Shown: positions 46,304 to 55,903, counted from the stretch's first letter. The stretch is 64,000 bases of DNA from Bacteroidota bacterium (GCA_049324055.1 JBMOLS010000007.1:32493-96492), one strand, 5' to 3'. Notes: a model not told the origin generated them from the letters alone. A program made the numbers and translations.

Positions 46304-46637
46304 TGACCACCGTTACTTTGTTGATGCGTCCTGCCTGCAGTTCACCGGTTTGTTCGCCCCCGCCAAAATTATTCTTGTCGCCTTTTTGCGCCAGCACGAA
46401 ATACGAAATGGCCTTCAGGTCTTTGAATTTGGCAACGCCTTTCTTATCGGTAGTAGCTGTTTGCACCGCATTCTTTTCAGCCTTGTAGTCGGCTTCGTTT
46501 TCATACAACGACACCGTCACACCTTCTTCGGTGTTGCCCAGTTCGTTTCGTATGGTAATGTGCATCTGGGTTTTGATGATCTGGAAAGACAACAGCAGCA
46601 CTGCGAGTGCCGGTATAACAAGTTTCGGAAGTTTCAT
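46296..46637 (-). CDS. small secreted protein, carboxypeptidase-regulatory-like beta-sandwich
   Basis: 113 aa with a signal peptide. The pattern GVTVSLYENE...TTDKKGVAKFKDL resembles CarboxypepD_reg-type domains. Confidence 0.5.
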   Translation of the reverse strand: MKLPKLVIPALAVLLLSFQIIKTQMHITIRNELGNTEEGVTVSLYENEADYKAEKNAVQTATTDKKGVAKFKDLKAISYFVLAQKGDKNNFGGGEQTGELQAGRINKVTVVIE

Positions 46638-46653
46638 AAGTGAAGTATTTTGG

Positions 46654-47328
46654 TCACGTAGTTACTAAAATCCGCTGAAAAAAGCCACTGCCAGCCGACA
46701 GGCTAACTGGATTATCCGTGGTAAGCAGTTGGCGGGTTAAATCACACGTATCGCACCTATTTCCGAGGGAGGGGAATGGTTTATTTCCGAAGCAGGGTAT
46801 CTCATCGACCAAGCCTGCCTGCCTAAGTGTTGACACCTTCCTGTCAGCAGCATATGTTGTCCCCTGATATGTAAATACTGTGTTAGCAATTACAGATTGG
46901 TCAAGTTTTAATAACCATTCAAATGTTTTTTGATTTTCCCCGGCCGAACGAAGGTGTCGTGCAGCCCTTAATACAGTTTTTATGAATATGCTTCCTGTGT
47001 ATTTGTCGTAGTGATTAGTTTGAGATAGAAGAATCTCTGCATCCTCAATTAAATTACTATTCTGCCAATCCTTAATTTTTTCCGTGTATGTCAGCCAAAG
47101 CTTTTCATTTTGTATTGGTTTGAAGGTAGGGAAATGTGTGTCGAAGAACTCATAAATTTCTTTCGCTTCATCAAAGTTTCCAATTTTTCGATGACACTGT
47201 GCTGGTCTATATCCATTCCACTCATTCCTTTCTAAGTCCCAAATCTTAATATATAAAGGTAGAGCCTCTTGAAAGTCTTGGCCTTCCTTAAGTCTTGTAG
47301 CTTCTGCCTTTAATTCTTGTAGTGTCAT
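46654..47328 (-). CDS. hypothetical protein (224 aa), AT-rich orphan with TPR-like N-terminus
   Basis: This is the only long ORF in a visibly AT-rich stretch (~46850-47500). The 3' ~200 nt return to host-like GC, so it could be chimeric or truncated. Confidence 0.4.
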   Translation of the reverse strand: MTLQELKAEATRLKEGQDFQEALPLYIKIWDLERNEWNGYRPAQCHRKIGNFDEAKEIYEFFDTHFPTFKPIQNEKLWLTYTEKIKDWQNSNLIEDAEILLSQTNHYDKYTGSIFIKTVLRAARHLRSAGENQKTFEWLLKLDQSVIANTVFTYQGTTYAADRKVSTLRQAGLVDEIPCFGNKPFPSLGNRCDTCDLTRQLLTTDNPVSLSAGSGFFQRILVTT

Positions 47329-47434
47329 CTATCTCAGTAAAATTGCGCCCAACGCTTGTATTTAGGAAGCTAGTTTCCTATGTGGCTTATTATGTAGATC
47401 GAATTTAAGTGTATGGGCAATATTATCTAACAGG

Positions 47435-47503
47435 CTAATCAAAGATTAAAAAGCTGAAAAAATAAAGCTTATCGTTATCTCCAAATTTATATTTCCGACT
47501 CAT
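47435..47503 (-). pseudogene. 5' stub of an IS200/IS605-type Y1 (RayT-like) transposase gene
   Basis: MSRKYKFGDNDKLYFFSFLIFD* matches the conserved N-terminus of Bacteroidota Y1_Tnp/REP-associated transposases (MSxKYKF..p..lYF.sF). It stops after 22 codons. The HUH and Tyr motifs are absent. Confidence 0.5.
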
Positions 47504-47518
47504 GCAGTAAATCATCGA

Positions 47519-47723
47519 GCCACTTGTGGAGGTCAAGTGCGAAGTTGTGCGGGTCTGGCGCTTACTTGTTGGGGTCAGGCGGGAGGTAGTGCAGGTCTGA
47601 TGCTTTCTTGTTAAGGTCAGGTGCGAAGTTGTGTAGGTCTGATGCGTACTTGTTGCGGTCAGGTGCGAAGTTGTGCAGGTCTGATGCCCACTTGTTGAGG
47701 TCAAGCGAAGGTAGCGCAGGTAC
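47519..47723. repeat. tandem repeat, 42-bp unit x ~4.9 (underlying ~21-bp half-unit)
   Basis: The units start at 47531, 47573, 47615 and 47657, each with ggtcaRgtgcgaagttgtgYaggtctgatgcNNacttgttNN. Partial copies lie at both ends. The two half-units share 14 of 21 positions. Confidence 0.9.
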
Positions 47724-47777
47724 ACGAGGTGCGGAAGGGTACTTCGGGCTACCAAAGAATTACCTTCCCCCAACTTT

Positions 47778-50700
47778 CTACCGCAACAGCGCCACGCCCC
47801 CTCGTTTTTCCTGCACGCCTTTATCGGGGCGGAAGGAACTTACATATTGTATCACATAGGAATACGTGCCCGGAGGAAGGGGCTGTGCCGGGTTATTGTT
47901 GTAGCCGCCATTCCAGGTAAAATCGCGATTGGCCGCGGTAAACACCAACTCTCCCCAACGGTTGTAAATAAACACATTGAAGTTTTCATCGGTAATAAAG
48001 AAGGTGAACACCCGGAAGTTCTTGTTGGCTTCCTGCGCGCTGGTGGGCCGGAAGGCGTTGGGTGCGTTGATCTTCGGCAGGCATTCGTTCAGCACCTCGG
48101 TTTCATCGGTGGCTACGCAGGCAAATTCGTTGGTCAATTCCACTTCATACAACCCTTCGCTGTCGGCTGTCAATACCTGTTGGGTGTAGTTGAGTGTCAG
48201 TTCGTTTTTAAACCAGGCATAGCTGGTAAAGGTGCCTGGGTCCAGATCCACACTCCGGGTATCGGGATCCACATTGTCGGGGTCGTTACAGATCACCACG
48301 CGGTTGGGCAGCGAGCCCACCGGCAACGGTTGACGAGTAATCAGCAATGAAGCAGAAGCGTTGCACGATGCTTTGCTGACGGTAACGCGGTAGGTGCCCT
48401 CGGCCGTTTGATCGGTAGTGGCCGTGTTTACACCTGTCAAGGTGGTTCCATTCAATGTCCACGCATAATTTACCCCGGTGGCGGTGGTGGCTGCGGTCAG
48501 CGTAAAAGGTTGCTCATCCTGGCAGGGCGGGGTAGAGGTAAGCGATGCATCTACCGGGCCGATGACAGACACCTGCAGTTGATTCGATCGGCTGGTGGTG
48601 CAACCCGACTGCGGATCGAAGATGGCCACTTCATACCGAATACCGCTCTGTGTGATGTCTACCAACTGCTGGCTGCCGGCCAACGTCAGGTCGGGGGTGG
48701 CCGCTCCGTTCACAAACCAGCGGTAGGTAAAACTGCCTGCCGGTGCAGCCGACACCAGTACAGAACTGGCACATTCATTCGACTGTGTTAGCACAGGCGT
48801 GGTGAGGTTGCCCACATTCAAATCGATGGTTTGGGTAGCGGGGCAGGAACCGGGCGCGGTCGCTGTAACCGTGAAGGTGGCTTGTCCAACACCTGCCGTT
48901 AACCGTACTGTTGCCTGATTGGTGGCACCAGTAATGGCGCTCGCAGGGGTGCTGCTCCAACTATAGGTGGAAGCTCCCGTGGCAACAATTTCGAGGTCGC
49001 AGAGGTTGGGTGTGAGTGTTACTGGCACGGGTGCATCTGGCGTTACTGTTAAAGGCTCCGTGTCTAAACAACCATTTACATCTACTACTTCAATCACGTA
49101 GCTTCCGGCCGTAAGTCCATTCTGCGTTATATACGGACTGGCAACTGCTGTGGGGCTTGTGTCTGCCACCAGACCGGTGCTACTGTTGGTAATGGTGAAA
49201 CTGTACGGACTCACTCCGCCCGTTACTGCAATCGAGTAGTCAACCGGGTCGCAGTTGATGCCTGAAATAGTGGGTGTGATGGTGAGGCTAATATCATTGA
49301 TACCAATGGACTGAGAGAGGGTGCAACCCGAAATCTGGTCGGTTACGATTACCGAATAGGTTCCCGCCACCAGGTTAGGCACCGTGATGGTGGTGGGTGC
49401 CGCTTGATCTATGTCGGCTTGCGAAGTTCCTGCACCTGAGATGAAATACTGGTACAATGGCCCACCGGCAGGTGTTGAAGCATTCAGTTGTAGTTGAACC
49501 GAGCCGGTTGGTGTACCGCAAGAGGTAGGGTCTGTACCGGTAAACGTAAAATTGGGCGATACATTGACCGTATACGTTTTGCTGTCATCCACAAAACAGG
49601 TGGTGATCGGATCGGTTACTCGAACGGCATAGGTAAATACACCGGGGGTGTTTGTATCTACTGCCAGCGCTTGCGAATTGCCCGCTGCCGTGCCGTTGAT
49701 GGTCCACGCATAGGTGGCGCCCGGGTTTTGTGCGTTCAGGGCGGGCGTGTTATTGTCTTCACACACGGTGATGTCAGGCCCCAGGTCTACAATGGGTCTG
49801 TTTTCCGCAACCAGAAACTGCCCGTCATCAACGCATCCGTTGGCATCGGTTACGGTTACGGTAATCAGCGCCTGCTCGTTTACTACAATGGTTTGCGTGG
49901 TTTCTTGTGTAGACCAGAAATAGGTAAGCCCCGGTTGGTTGGTTGGGTTGGCATCGAGGGTGGCTGGGCCTGTACAAAGCACAGCGGCACCATTGGGTGC
50001 ATTGGGTCTGTTAAATATGGTGAAGTTTTCGCGCAGCGTGGTATCTGGCGCACAGCGATTGTGCAGGCGCAACGTTACCGAGTAATTGCCGGGCGCAGCA
50101 AAGAGGAAGTTGAAGGAGGCATCGGTTGATTGTGTAATCAGCGTAGAACCCTGAAACACACTCCAGTTAAATTCATCTATCTGGTCGCGCGAAGAACCTG
50201 AAAACCGTGTGCTGTCCCCCAGGCAGACACCGTCCACAGTGATGGAGGGACCTCCCAAGGCGTTGGAGTTGATCTGAATAAAGTTAGGCAAACCGAGTCT
50301 ACTGTTGGTGCCTGAAGCAAGCTGGAACCCATTGAGAGTAAACACTGAGAGTTGGGTAGTGTCTTCATTGGCCTGAATGGTTCCCAGCGAGCCACTGCTG
50401 GCGGCATTATTAACAGCCACATAGATTTGTCCGTTGGGTGCCACCTGCACCGCGCCCAATTCGGCCGCAGGCGATAATTTCTGCTTGAAGAAGGGGCGGT
50501 TCAACGAGTCGAGGAAATACTCGAACAGGTGCGAGGAGCCACTGCTTACCTTCACCGTGGCAAACAGCTTATTGCCGGCTGGTGAGAATTCCACCCCATA
50601 AATCTGCCCGTTGGGCTCATTCAGGTCGATGTTGCGCAGGTTGGTTACGTGCCCTGCTGTATCGAGTGTAAACAGCTCCACCCGGTTGCTAACGCCTGGG

Positions 50701-52997
50701 TTGGAGATGGGCACCGCCAGGTTATTGCGGGGTCCCAATTTCATATAACCCTCTCCGTTTTGCTGGATGGACTGATCGTGGTCGGAACCAATGCTGGAGA
50801 ACACAGGGTTGCCGATGCCATTGGGTGTGATGCGGTAGGCCCGGAACGTATTGTTGCCGTATTCATGTGCGATGAGGAACTGCCCGTTGGCTGTAATCCG
50901 TTCGGTACTTTTGGCGAACAAGCCGATGTTTTGCTGTGTAACGGCACCCAACCCGTTGTTCAACTTCAGATCGAACAGCGAGTATTTCATAATCAAGGAA
51001 TCGGTACCGTTGATGGCCTGGGTGGTGAAGATGTAATACAGCGTTTCATCGCCCGGTACGGGCACAATCAATGCCGACTGGGTGGAGGCAGGGTTCCCCC
51101 CAATGTTGCTGGCAATCAGGTTATGATCGCGGTCGAAGACAGCGTTGCCATCGGTATAAAAAATCGTTTCGCCATTCCGGTCGCACACAATCGAGCAACC
51201 TTCCGGGGCATCCATCACACTCTCGTTCAGGGCGGTGGGCGGTTGTGTGTTGAAATCAATACCCGCCCGGTTGCCGAAATACCATTTATTAAATATCTGG
51301 TCTTGCAACCCATACTCACGCACGTTCACGCCCGCATAGGCCGAGCAGCCCGTTGCATCGGTTACCACCACATAATAATAACCGGCCGAGTCAGGTGTAA
51401 GCACCGGCCCCAGGTCTCCGTTCGACCACACAATGGAAGTGGCCGTGCCACCCGATATGTTGGCCGTAACCTGAAACTGGCTGGGAGACGAAGAGCCGCG
51501 TGGAGGGGGGAACTCACTGCGGCATGCCGTGGTATCCTGCGTCATTTGTATCTGCAGGGCAAACGCATTGATTGTAACCGGCTGCGAGGTGCTCTGACTT
51601 TGTCCGCGATAGAAGGCCGTGAGGTTTACGTTAAATGTGCCGGCCGTAGCATACGTGTGTACCGGGCTGGGCCCTGCGCCAAAACTGCTGTCGCCAAAAT
51701 CCCACACTAAACTGTCTGCGCCAGGTCTTACCGTGGCAAAGAAGGTGGTGGGTGCGTTTTGGCACGTACCTGCAAACGTAAAGTCCACCGTTAGCTGTAT
51801 GGAGTCTTTGGGAGCAAATTGCGGAAATTGCGTACCCACCCAATTTGCGGAGCCCAGCGGAGCGGGTTCATACTGCACCCGCGCAGCAACGCTATCGGGG
51901 TGGGCTATTCTTCCCAACAGGAAAGGGCCGCCCGATGCAGCCTGGTACAGGTGGTAAATGGTGCTGTCGGGTGCCATCTGCAAACCAAAACTCCGGTGAA
52001 TAGCGGTCGGTATTACCGGAGCCAAAGTAACAGCCGCATTTAGGTAGTCGTATTGCAAAACCATGGCGGTAACGCCTGCATCGCCATGGCGCGATAAATA
52101 CAAATACCTGCCGTTATTACTCCACTCAATGTCGTAAATCGATTGGTTGTTGGCTGCGGGTGTGGCCGAGTTCAGGATGGTGCGGTCGAAGGTAAGAACT
52201 CCCGAGGCGTTGTTGAAGTTCAGGATGATGGCATCGGTGTCTGCATCTTGTGGGGCCACGGCTATTTTTTGTGTGGCCGGGTGGTAGCCCAGGTGGGCCG
52301 CGGCCGTGGGCAGGGCCGCAGCTCCCGATGTAATGGTGTTGAACGTGCCAGTGTAGGCGGCCGCATTGATGAGCGTGGCAGTAAAGGTTTGTGTATTCAC
52401 CTGCTGCGTAATCAGCCAGAAGTCAATTTGGTTGTCGTGCGGCACCACCACCATGCCCTCGGCCCGTTGGGTCAGGCCGGGAATGGCGGTATTTTTCGAC
52501 TCTACATCGCCTGCGGCAGGAGCCGGGAAGGCCGCGTTGCCAAATAAGCCCATGTCAACAATTGTGTAAGAGATGGCCCCGTCCACACCATTCATAAAAT
52601 CAGCGCTGTTGGTGAAGACAAAGTATTTGCCAGCCTGGCCGGGTACGGGGCAAATGGCCACGGGTTGATTGGCGGAAGCAAATCCATTCAGGCCGCCCCC
52701 GTTGGGCATGGGCAGGTGGTTTCGGTCGTAAACCTGGGTGCCATCGGTGTAAAACAGCAGGTTGCCGTTGGCTGGATCGGTAGCCACCGCACTGCCACCG
52801 CTGCCGAAGGGAACGGCTTTGTTGGTGATGAGCGATGCCGTTCGATCCACGCGGTTAAACCGGATGCCGTTGGCAGAGTTGCCATACAACCAGTTGTGTT
52901 GTTCCAGGGTTTGCGTCCGTGCTGGCAAGGCCAGGCATGCCATCAGGCCAACCATCCAAACTGTTCCTACAACTGTTCTTGCTCCAATCCTTCTCAT
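47778..52997 (-). CDS. large T9SS-secreted surface protein with type-B (gliding-motility-associated) C-terminal domain, PKD and Ig-like repeats
   Basis: Lies in ORF 47778-53102. The start is moved to MRRIGARTVVGTVWMVGLMACLALPARTQ. Two PKD-like domains are present (one with WDFGDS...HTY...G.F.V.L). The C-terminal ~90 aa (PNAFRPT...NKNFRVF...IYNRWGELVF...WNG...GTYSYVI) is the CHU_C/type-B CTD signature. Confidence 0.88.
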   Translation of the reverse strand: MRRIGARTVVGTVWMVGLMACLALPARTQTLEQHNWLYGNSANGIRFNRVDRTASLITNKAVPFGSGGSAVATDPANGNLLFYTDGTQVYDRNHLPMPNGGGLNGFASANQPVAICPVPGQAGKYFVFTNSADFMNGVDGAISYTIVDMGLFGNAAFPAPAAGDVESKNTAIPGLTQRAEGMVVVPHDNQIDFWLITQQVNTQTFTATLINAAAYTGTFNTITSGAAALPTAAAHLGYHPATQKIAVAPQDADTDAIILNFNNASGVLTFDRTILNSATPAANNQSIYDIEWSNNGRYLYLSRHGDAGVTAMVLQYDYLNAAVTLAPVIPTAIHRSFGLQMAPDSTIYHLYQAASGGPFLLGRIAHPDSVAARVQYEPAPLGSANWVGTQFPQFAPKDSIQLTVDFTFAGTCQNAPTTFFATVRPGADSLVWDFGDSSFGAGPSPVHTYATAGTFNVNLTAFYRGQSQSTSQPVTINAFALQIQMTQDTTACRSEFPPPRGSSSPSQFQVTANISGGTATSIVWSNGDLGPVLTPDSAGYYYVVVTDATGCSAYAGVNVREYGLQDQIFNKWYFGNRAGIDFNTQPPTALNESVMDAPEGCSIVCDRNGETIFYTDGNAVFDRDHNLIASNIGGNPASTQSALIVPVPGDETLYYIFTTQAINGTDSLIMKYSLFDLKLNNGLGAVTQQNIGLFAKSTERITANGQFLIAHEYGNNTFRAYRITPNGIGNPVFSSIGSDHDQSIQQNGEGYMKLGPRNNLAVPISNPGVSNRVELFTLDTAGHVTNLRNIDLNEPNGQIYGVEFSPAGNKLFATVKVSSGSSHLFEYFLDSLNRPFFKQKLSPAAELGAVQVAPNGQIYVAVNNAASSGSLGTIQANEDTTQLSVFTLNGFQLASGTNSRLGLPNFIQINSNALGGPSITVDGVCLGDSTRFSGSSRDQIDEFNWSVFQGSTLITQSTDASFNFLFAAPGNYSVTLRLHNRCAPDTTLRENFTIFNRPNAPNGAAVLCTGPATLDANPTNQPGLTYFWSTQETTQTIVVNEQALITVTVTDANGCVDDGQFLVAENRPIVDLGPDITVCEDNNTPALNAQNPGATYAWTINGTAAGNSQALAVDTNTPGVFTYAVRVTDPITTCFVDDSKTYTVNVSPNFTFTGTDPTSCGTPTGSVQLQLNASTPAGGPLYQYFISGAGTSQADIDQAAPTTITVPNLVAGTYSVIVTDQISGCTLSQSIGINDISLTITPTISGINCDPVDYSIAVTGGVSPYSFTITNSSTGLVADTSPTAVASPYITQNGLTAGSYVIEVVDVNGCLDTEPLTVTPDAPVPVTLTPNLCDLEIVATGASTYSWSSTPASAITGATNQATVRLTAGVGQATFTVTATAPGSCPATQTIDLNVGNLTTPVLTQSNECASSVLVSAAPAGSFTYRWFVNGAATPDLTLAGSQQLVDITQSGIRYEVAIFDPQSGCTTSRSNQLQVSVIGPVDASLTSTPPCQDEQPFTLTAATTATGVNYAWTLNGTTLTGVNTATTDQTAEGTYRVTVSKASCNASASLLITRQPLPVGSLPNRVVICNDPDNVDPDTRSVDLDPGTFTSYAWFKNELTLNYTQQVLTADSEGLYEVELTNEFACVATDETEVLNECLPKINAPNAFRPTSAQEANKNFRVFTFFITDENFNVFIYNRWGELVFTAANRDFTWNGGYNNNPAQPLPPGTYSYVIQYVSSFRPDKGVQEKRGGVALLR

Positions 52998-53196
52998 TCG
53001 TCTGTCCACTTCTCTGTTTTGTCGAAAAATAAAACGCCCAAAGTGCACTAAAGTATACAATTTGAGGCAAAATATCGTTAGACCTTCGGCCGTACTTGGC
53101 ATCTAAACGGCCAATGATTTTTTAATTCCGATATTGTGTATCTTTTGCCGTTGTTAGTCATTTTTGTGAGATGAACTTATCGCTTAACTTGTCGGG

Positions 53197-54279
53197 ATGG
53201 ACTGTGTGAAATACCCCTCTTTGTTGTATATCTGGTTAAGTAGAACATCCGTACTTGTACTGCTGGCGGTAATACTGTGGGCACCGTCCACGGTAAGCGC
53301 ACAAGACCCTCAGTTCTCTCAATTTTATGCCGCCCCTTTGTACCTGAATCCCGCTTTTGCAGGTTCTACCCAGCAGGGGCGCGTGGGCATGAACTACCGC
53401 AACCAGTGGCCAGCCATTGATGCCAACTTCACCACCGTGTCTGCCTTTGCCGATTTTTACATTGAAGATAAAAACAGTGGTGTGGGCGCATTGCTAACCC
53501 GAGACTATGTGAACCTGGTGGGGCTGCAGTCTATCAGCCTCGCTGTTCAGTATGCTTACCAACTCGAAATTACCAAGGGTCTTGGCTTTCGCCCTGGCTT
53601 TCAGGCTGCTATTTACAACCGGTCGATCAATTTCGGGCGGTTAACGTTTGGCGATCAGTTCGATCCCAGCACAGGCGACCTTACTTTCCCAACGGGCGAA
53701 CAAATCAACACCGGCCAGAGCAGGTTCTTTCCCGACATTGCCATGGGCGGATTGTTGTACACGCCCAACGCGTGGCTTGGCTTTGCGGCCCATCACCTTA
53801 CCCAGCCTAACCAGTCGCTGATTGGCGAAAAGGCCAACCTGCCGATAAAATATTCTGCGCATGCGGGTTGGAAATTTTTCTTCAAGCCGGGCGTAATTGG
53901 CGATGGCGTGTACGCCCGCAAGAGCGAGCGCAGTGTGGCGCCTGCCGTGCAGTACCGTCACCAGGGGCCGTTCGACCAGTTGGATGTGGGCATGTACTTT
54001 ACGTTCGAACCGTTGATTTTGGGAACCTGGTACCGTGGTGTTCCCTTCAAGCCGGTGAATGGTTTTGGCAACAACGAATCGATTGTGTTGTTGTTGGGGC
54101 TCACGCTGAAGGGGCAGAAAGACGTGCTGAATATTGGCTACAGCTACGACTATACCATTTCGCAACTGGGGCCCGGCAGTGGCGGGTCGCATGAGTTCAG
54201 TTTGGTTTACTCGTGGCCCATCCGCAATCCACGCAAGCCACCCAAGGATAAGCTGGTGATTCCCTGCCCTGATTTTTAA
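53197..54279 (+). CDS. PorP/SprF-family type IX secretion system membrane protein
   Basis: 360 aa. A signal peptide is followed by QDPQFSQFYAAPLYLNPAFAG, and the protein has a beta-barrel-like composition. Confidence 0.88.
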   Translation: MDCVKYPSLLYIWLSRTSVLVLLAVILWAPSTVSAQDPQFSQFYAAPLYLNPAFAGSTQQGRVGMNYRNQWPAIDANFTTVSAFADFYIEDKNSGVGALLTRDYVNLVGLQSISLAVQYAYQLEITKGLGFRPGFQAAIYNRSINFGRLTFGDQFDPSTGDLTFPTGEQINTGQSRFFPDIAMGGLLYTPNAWLGFAAHHLTQPNQSLIGEKANLPIKYSAHAGWKFFFKPGVIGDGVYARKSERSVAPAVQYRHQGPFDQLDVGMYFTFEPLILGTWYRGVPFKPVNGFGNNESIVLLLGLTLKGQKDVLNIGYSYDYTISQLGPGSGGSHEFSLVYSWPIRNPRKPPKDKLVIPCPDF

Positions 54280-54857
54280 ACTTTCAACTTTTTAAGCGGA
54301 ATGGTAAGGCCCGGCACCACGGTGGTTGCAACGAGGTCGCTATCGAATGAGGTTATCTCTTCGGTGTGCCCGTGCATATCGTAGGTGTAGGCCTTTTTTT
54401 CCAATGGATCGATGAGCCAGGCCAACTGGCACCCATTACTGATCCATTCGGTCATTTTCTGTTTAAGCGCCTTTAGTGAATCCGAATGCGATCGTACTTC
54501 AATGACAAAATCGGGAACAAGGGGCGGGAATTTCTCTTTTTGTTTGTCTGTGAGTTTGTCCCAACGTTCTTTCGATACCCACGCAGCATCCGGAGCCCTC
54601 ATGGCACCATTAGGCAAGAGAAAACCTGCTGATGATTCGAAGCCGAAGCCTTCATGCTCGTGGGCAGCAGCCCACTCCATGAAATAGATTAAAACTTTAA
54701 AAAGCTGGTTACTGGAAGTTCCTCCGGTAGGTGACATGACTATGATTTGGCCTAATTCATCGCGTTCAATTCTCAACTGCTTGTTGGAGGTGCACAATTC
54801 GTACAGCCACTCATCAGTCTGCTCCACAGAGTCTGGATAAACGAAATCGATGTTCAT
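54276..54857 (-). CDS. Uma2-family (DUF820) putative endonuclease
   Basis: 193 aa. The PD-(D/E)xK-like pattern is PDAAWVS...PDFVIEVRS. It overlaps the porP/sprF stop tail-to-tail by 4 nt. Confidence 0.75.
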   Translation of the reverse strand: MNIDFVYPDSVEQTDEWLYELCTSNKQLRIERDELGQIIVMSPTGGTSSNQLFKVLIYFMEWAAAHEHEGFGFESSAGFLLPNGAMRAPDAAWVSKERWDKLTDKQKEKFPPLVPDFVIEVRSHSDSLKALKQKMTEWISNGCQLAWLIDPLEKKAYTYDMHGHTEEITSFDSDLVATTVVPGLTIPLKKLKV

Positions 54858-54876
54858 ACATCAAATTTAATAAATT

Positions 54877-55851
54877 TTAATCTTCGCCACTGGCATTCAG
54901 CTTGCACACATTGTCGAAGCCGAGGTGCATCAAAGCATCGCCCGCATTTACCACGGGGTTGTTGTTCAGGCCCACCACATAACCCATGGCCGGGGCTTTG
55001 ATGGTTTCTTTGAATTCGCCAAACGGATCGGTAATGGTACCCACAATTTCATTTTTGTGAACCAGTTGCCCGCTGTGAATATTTGCCTGGAAGAGCCCGG
55101 CTGTTTTTGCCCGCACCCACGATGAACTCCAGACGATGCGGTTTTCTTCTTTGGGCGCTGGTGCCCAGTCGATCATGTGCAGGTGTTTCATCAACCTAAG
55201 CGTACCGTTGATGCCTTCTTCGATGGCGTGTTGGTCGAAGCGGATGGATTCACCTCCCTCGTAAACAATGATGTTTTTGCCGTGGCGAGCGGCCGTTTGC
55301 CGCAGGGAGTGGGGCCGAAAGGGCGCATCGAGTGTGAAGGGTGCGTGGAAAGCGGCTGCGAGTTCGGCATTTTTTTCATCTTGCAGCACGCAGCGTACCT
55401 GCGGGTAATTGGTGCGCATGGCGCCACCGGTGTGGAAGTCGATACCGTAGTCGATGGCCGGAATGATTTCGTGTGTAACGTGCCAGGCCACCCGCGATGC
55501 CAACGACCCGCCTTTGCTGCCGGGGAAGGAGCGGTTGATGTCTTTTCCGTCCGGTACTTCGCGTGAATAGTTCAAAAACCCATAGATGTTTACAATGGGC
55601 ATGCAGAGCACGGTGCCGCGTTTCACTTTGTGGTGCCCGACATCCAGTATTCTGCGCACAATCTCCATCCCGTTGATCTCATCGCCATGCATGCCGGCCA
55701 TCAGCGCCAGCGTGGGGCCATCTTCCGGAGCCCGGTATACGTAAATGGGTGTATCAATTTGCGTGTGCGAGGGGAGCCGCGCAATGTTGATTTTGATTTC
55801 CTTGAACTCGCCTGGCCGCAGTTCGTGATGGGCTATCTTTTGCAGCTTCAT
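54877..55851 (-). CDS. succinylglutamate desuccinylase/aspartoacylase-family (M14-like) zinc hydrolase
   Basis: 324 aa. The HGDEINGMEI zinc motif is present, with a later DFH segment. This family is commonly found beside RimK and DUF785 genes. Confidence 0.78.
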   Translation of the reverse strand: MKLQKIAHHELRPGEFKEIKINIARLPSHTQIDTPIYVYRAPEDGPTLALMAGMHGDEINGMEIVRRILDVGHHKVKRGTVLCMPIVNIYGFLNYSREVPDGKDINRSFPGSKGGSLASRVAWHVTHEIIPAIDYGIDFHTGGAMRTNYPQVRCVLQDEKNAELAAAFHAPFTLDAPFRPHSLRQTAARHGKNIIVYEGGESIRFDQHAIEEGINGTLRLMKHLHMIDWAPAPKEENRIVWSSSWVRAKTAGLFQANIHSGQLVHKNEIVGTITDPFGEFKETIKAPAMGYVVGLNNNPVVNAGDALMHLGFDNVCKLNASGED

Positions 55852-55903
55852 ACTGCAAGGTAAGGTAACGTGATTTGCTGATTTATTTATGTCCGGAATA
55901 TCC

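Noticed and set aside
47519-47723. Possible CRISPR array.
   Set aside because: The repeats are contiguous with no unique spacers, and no cas genes are in the window.
47435-47773. 112-aa ORF reading through the tandem repeat (TSHLT/TSTHQT-type Ser/Thr-rich repeats). The plus-strand ORF 47608-47859 is similar.
   Set aside because: The frames are open only because the repeat period (42) is a multiple of 3. Only the last 22 codons resemble a real protein (the transposase N-terminus), so the rest is treated as non-coding repeat.
50649-51710. 353-aa plus-strand ORF inside the adhesin gene.
   Set aside because: It is antisense to a well-supported T9SS cargo ORF. It has no motifs and an odd composition.
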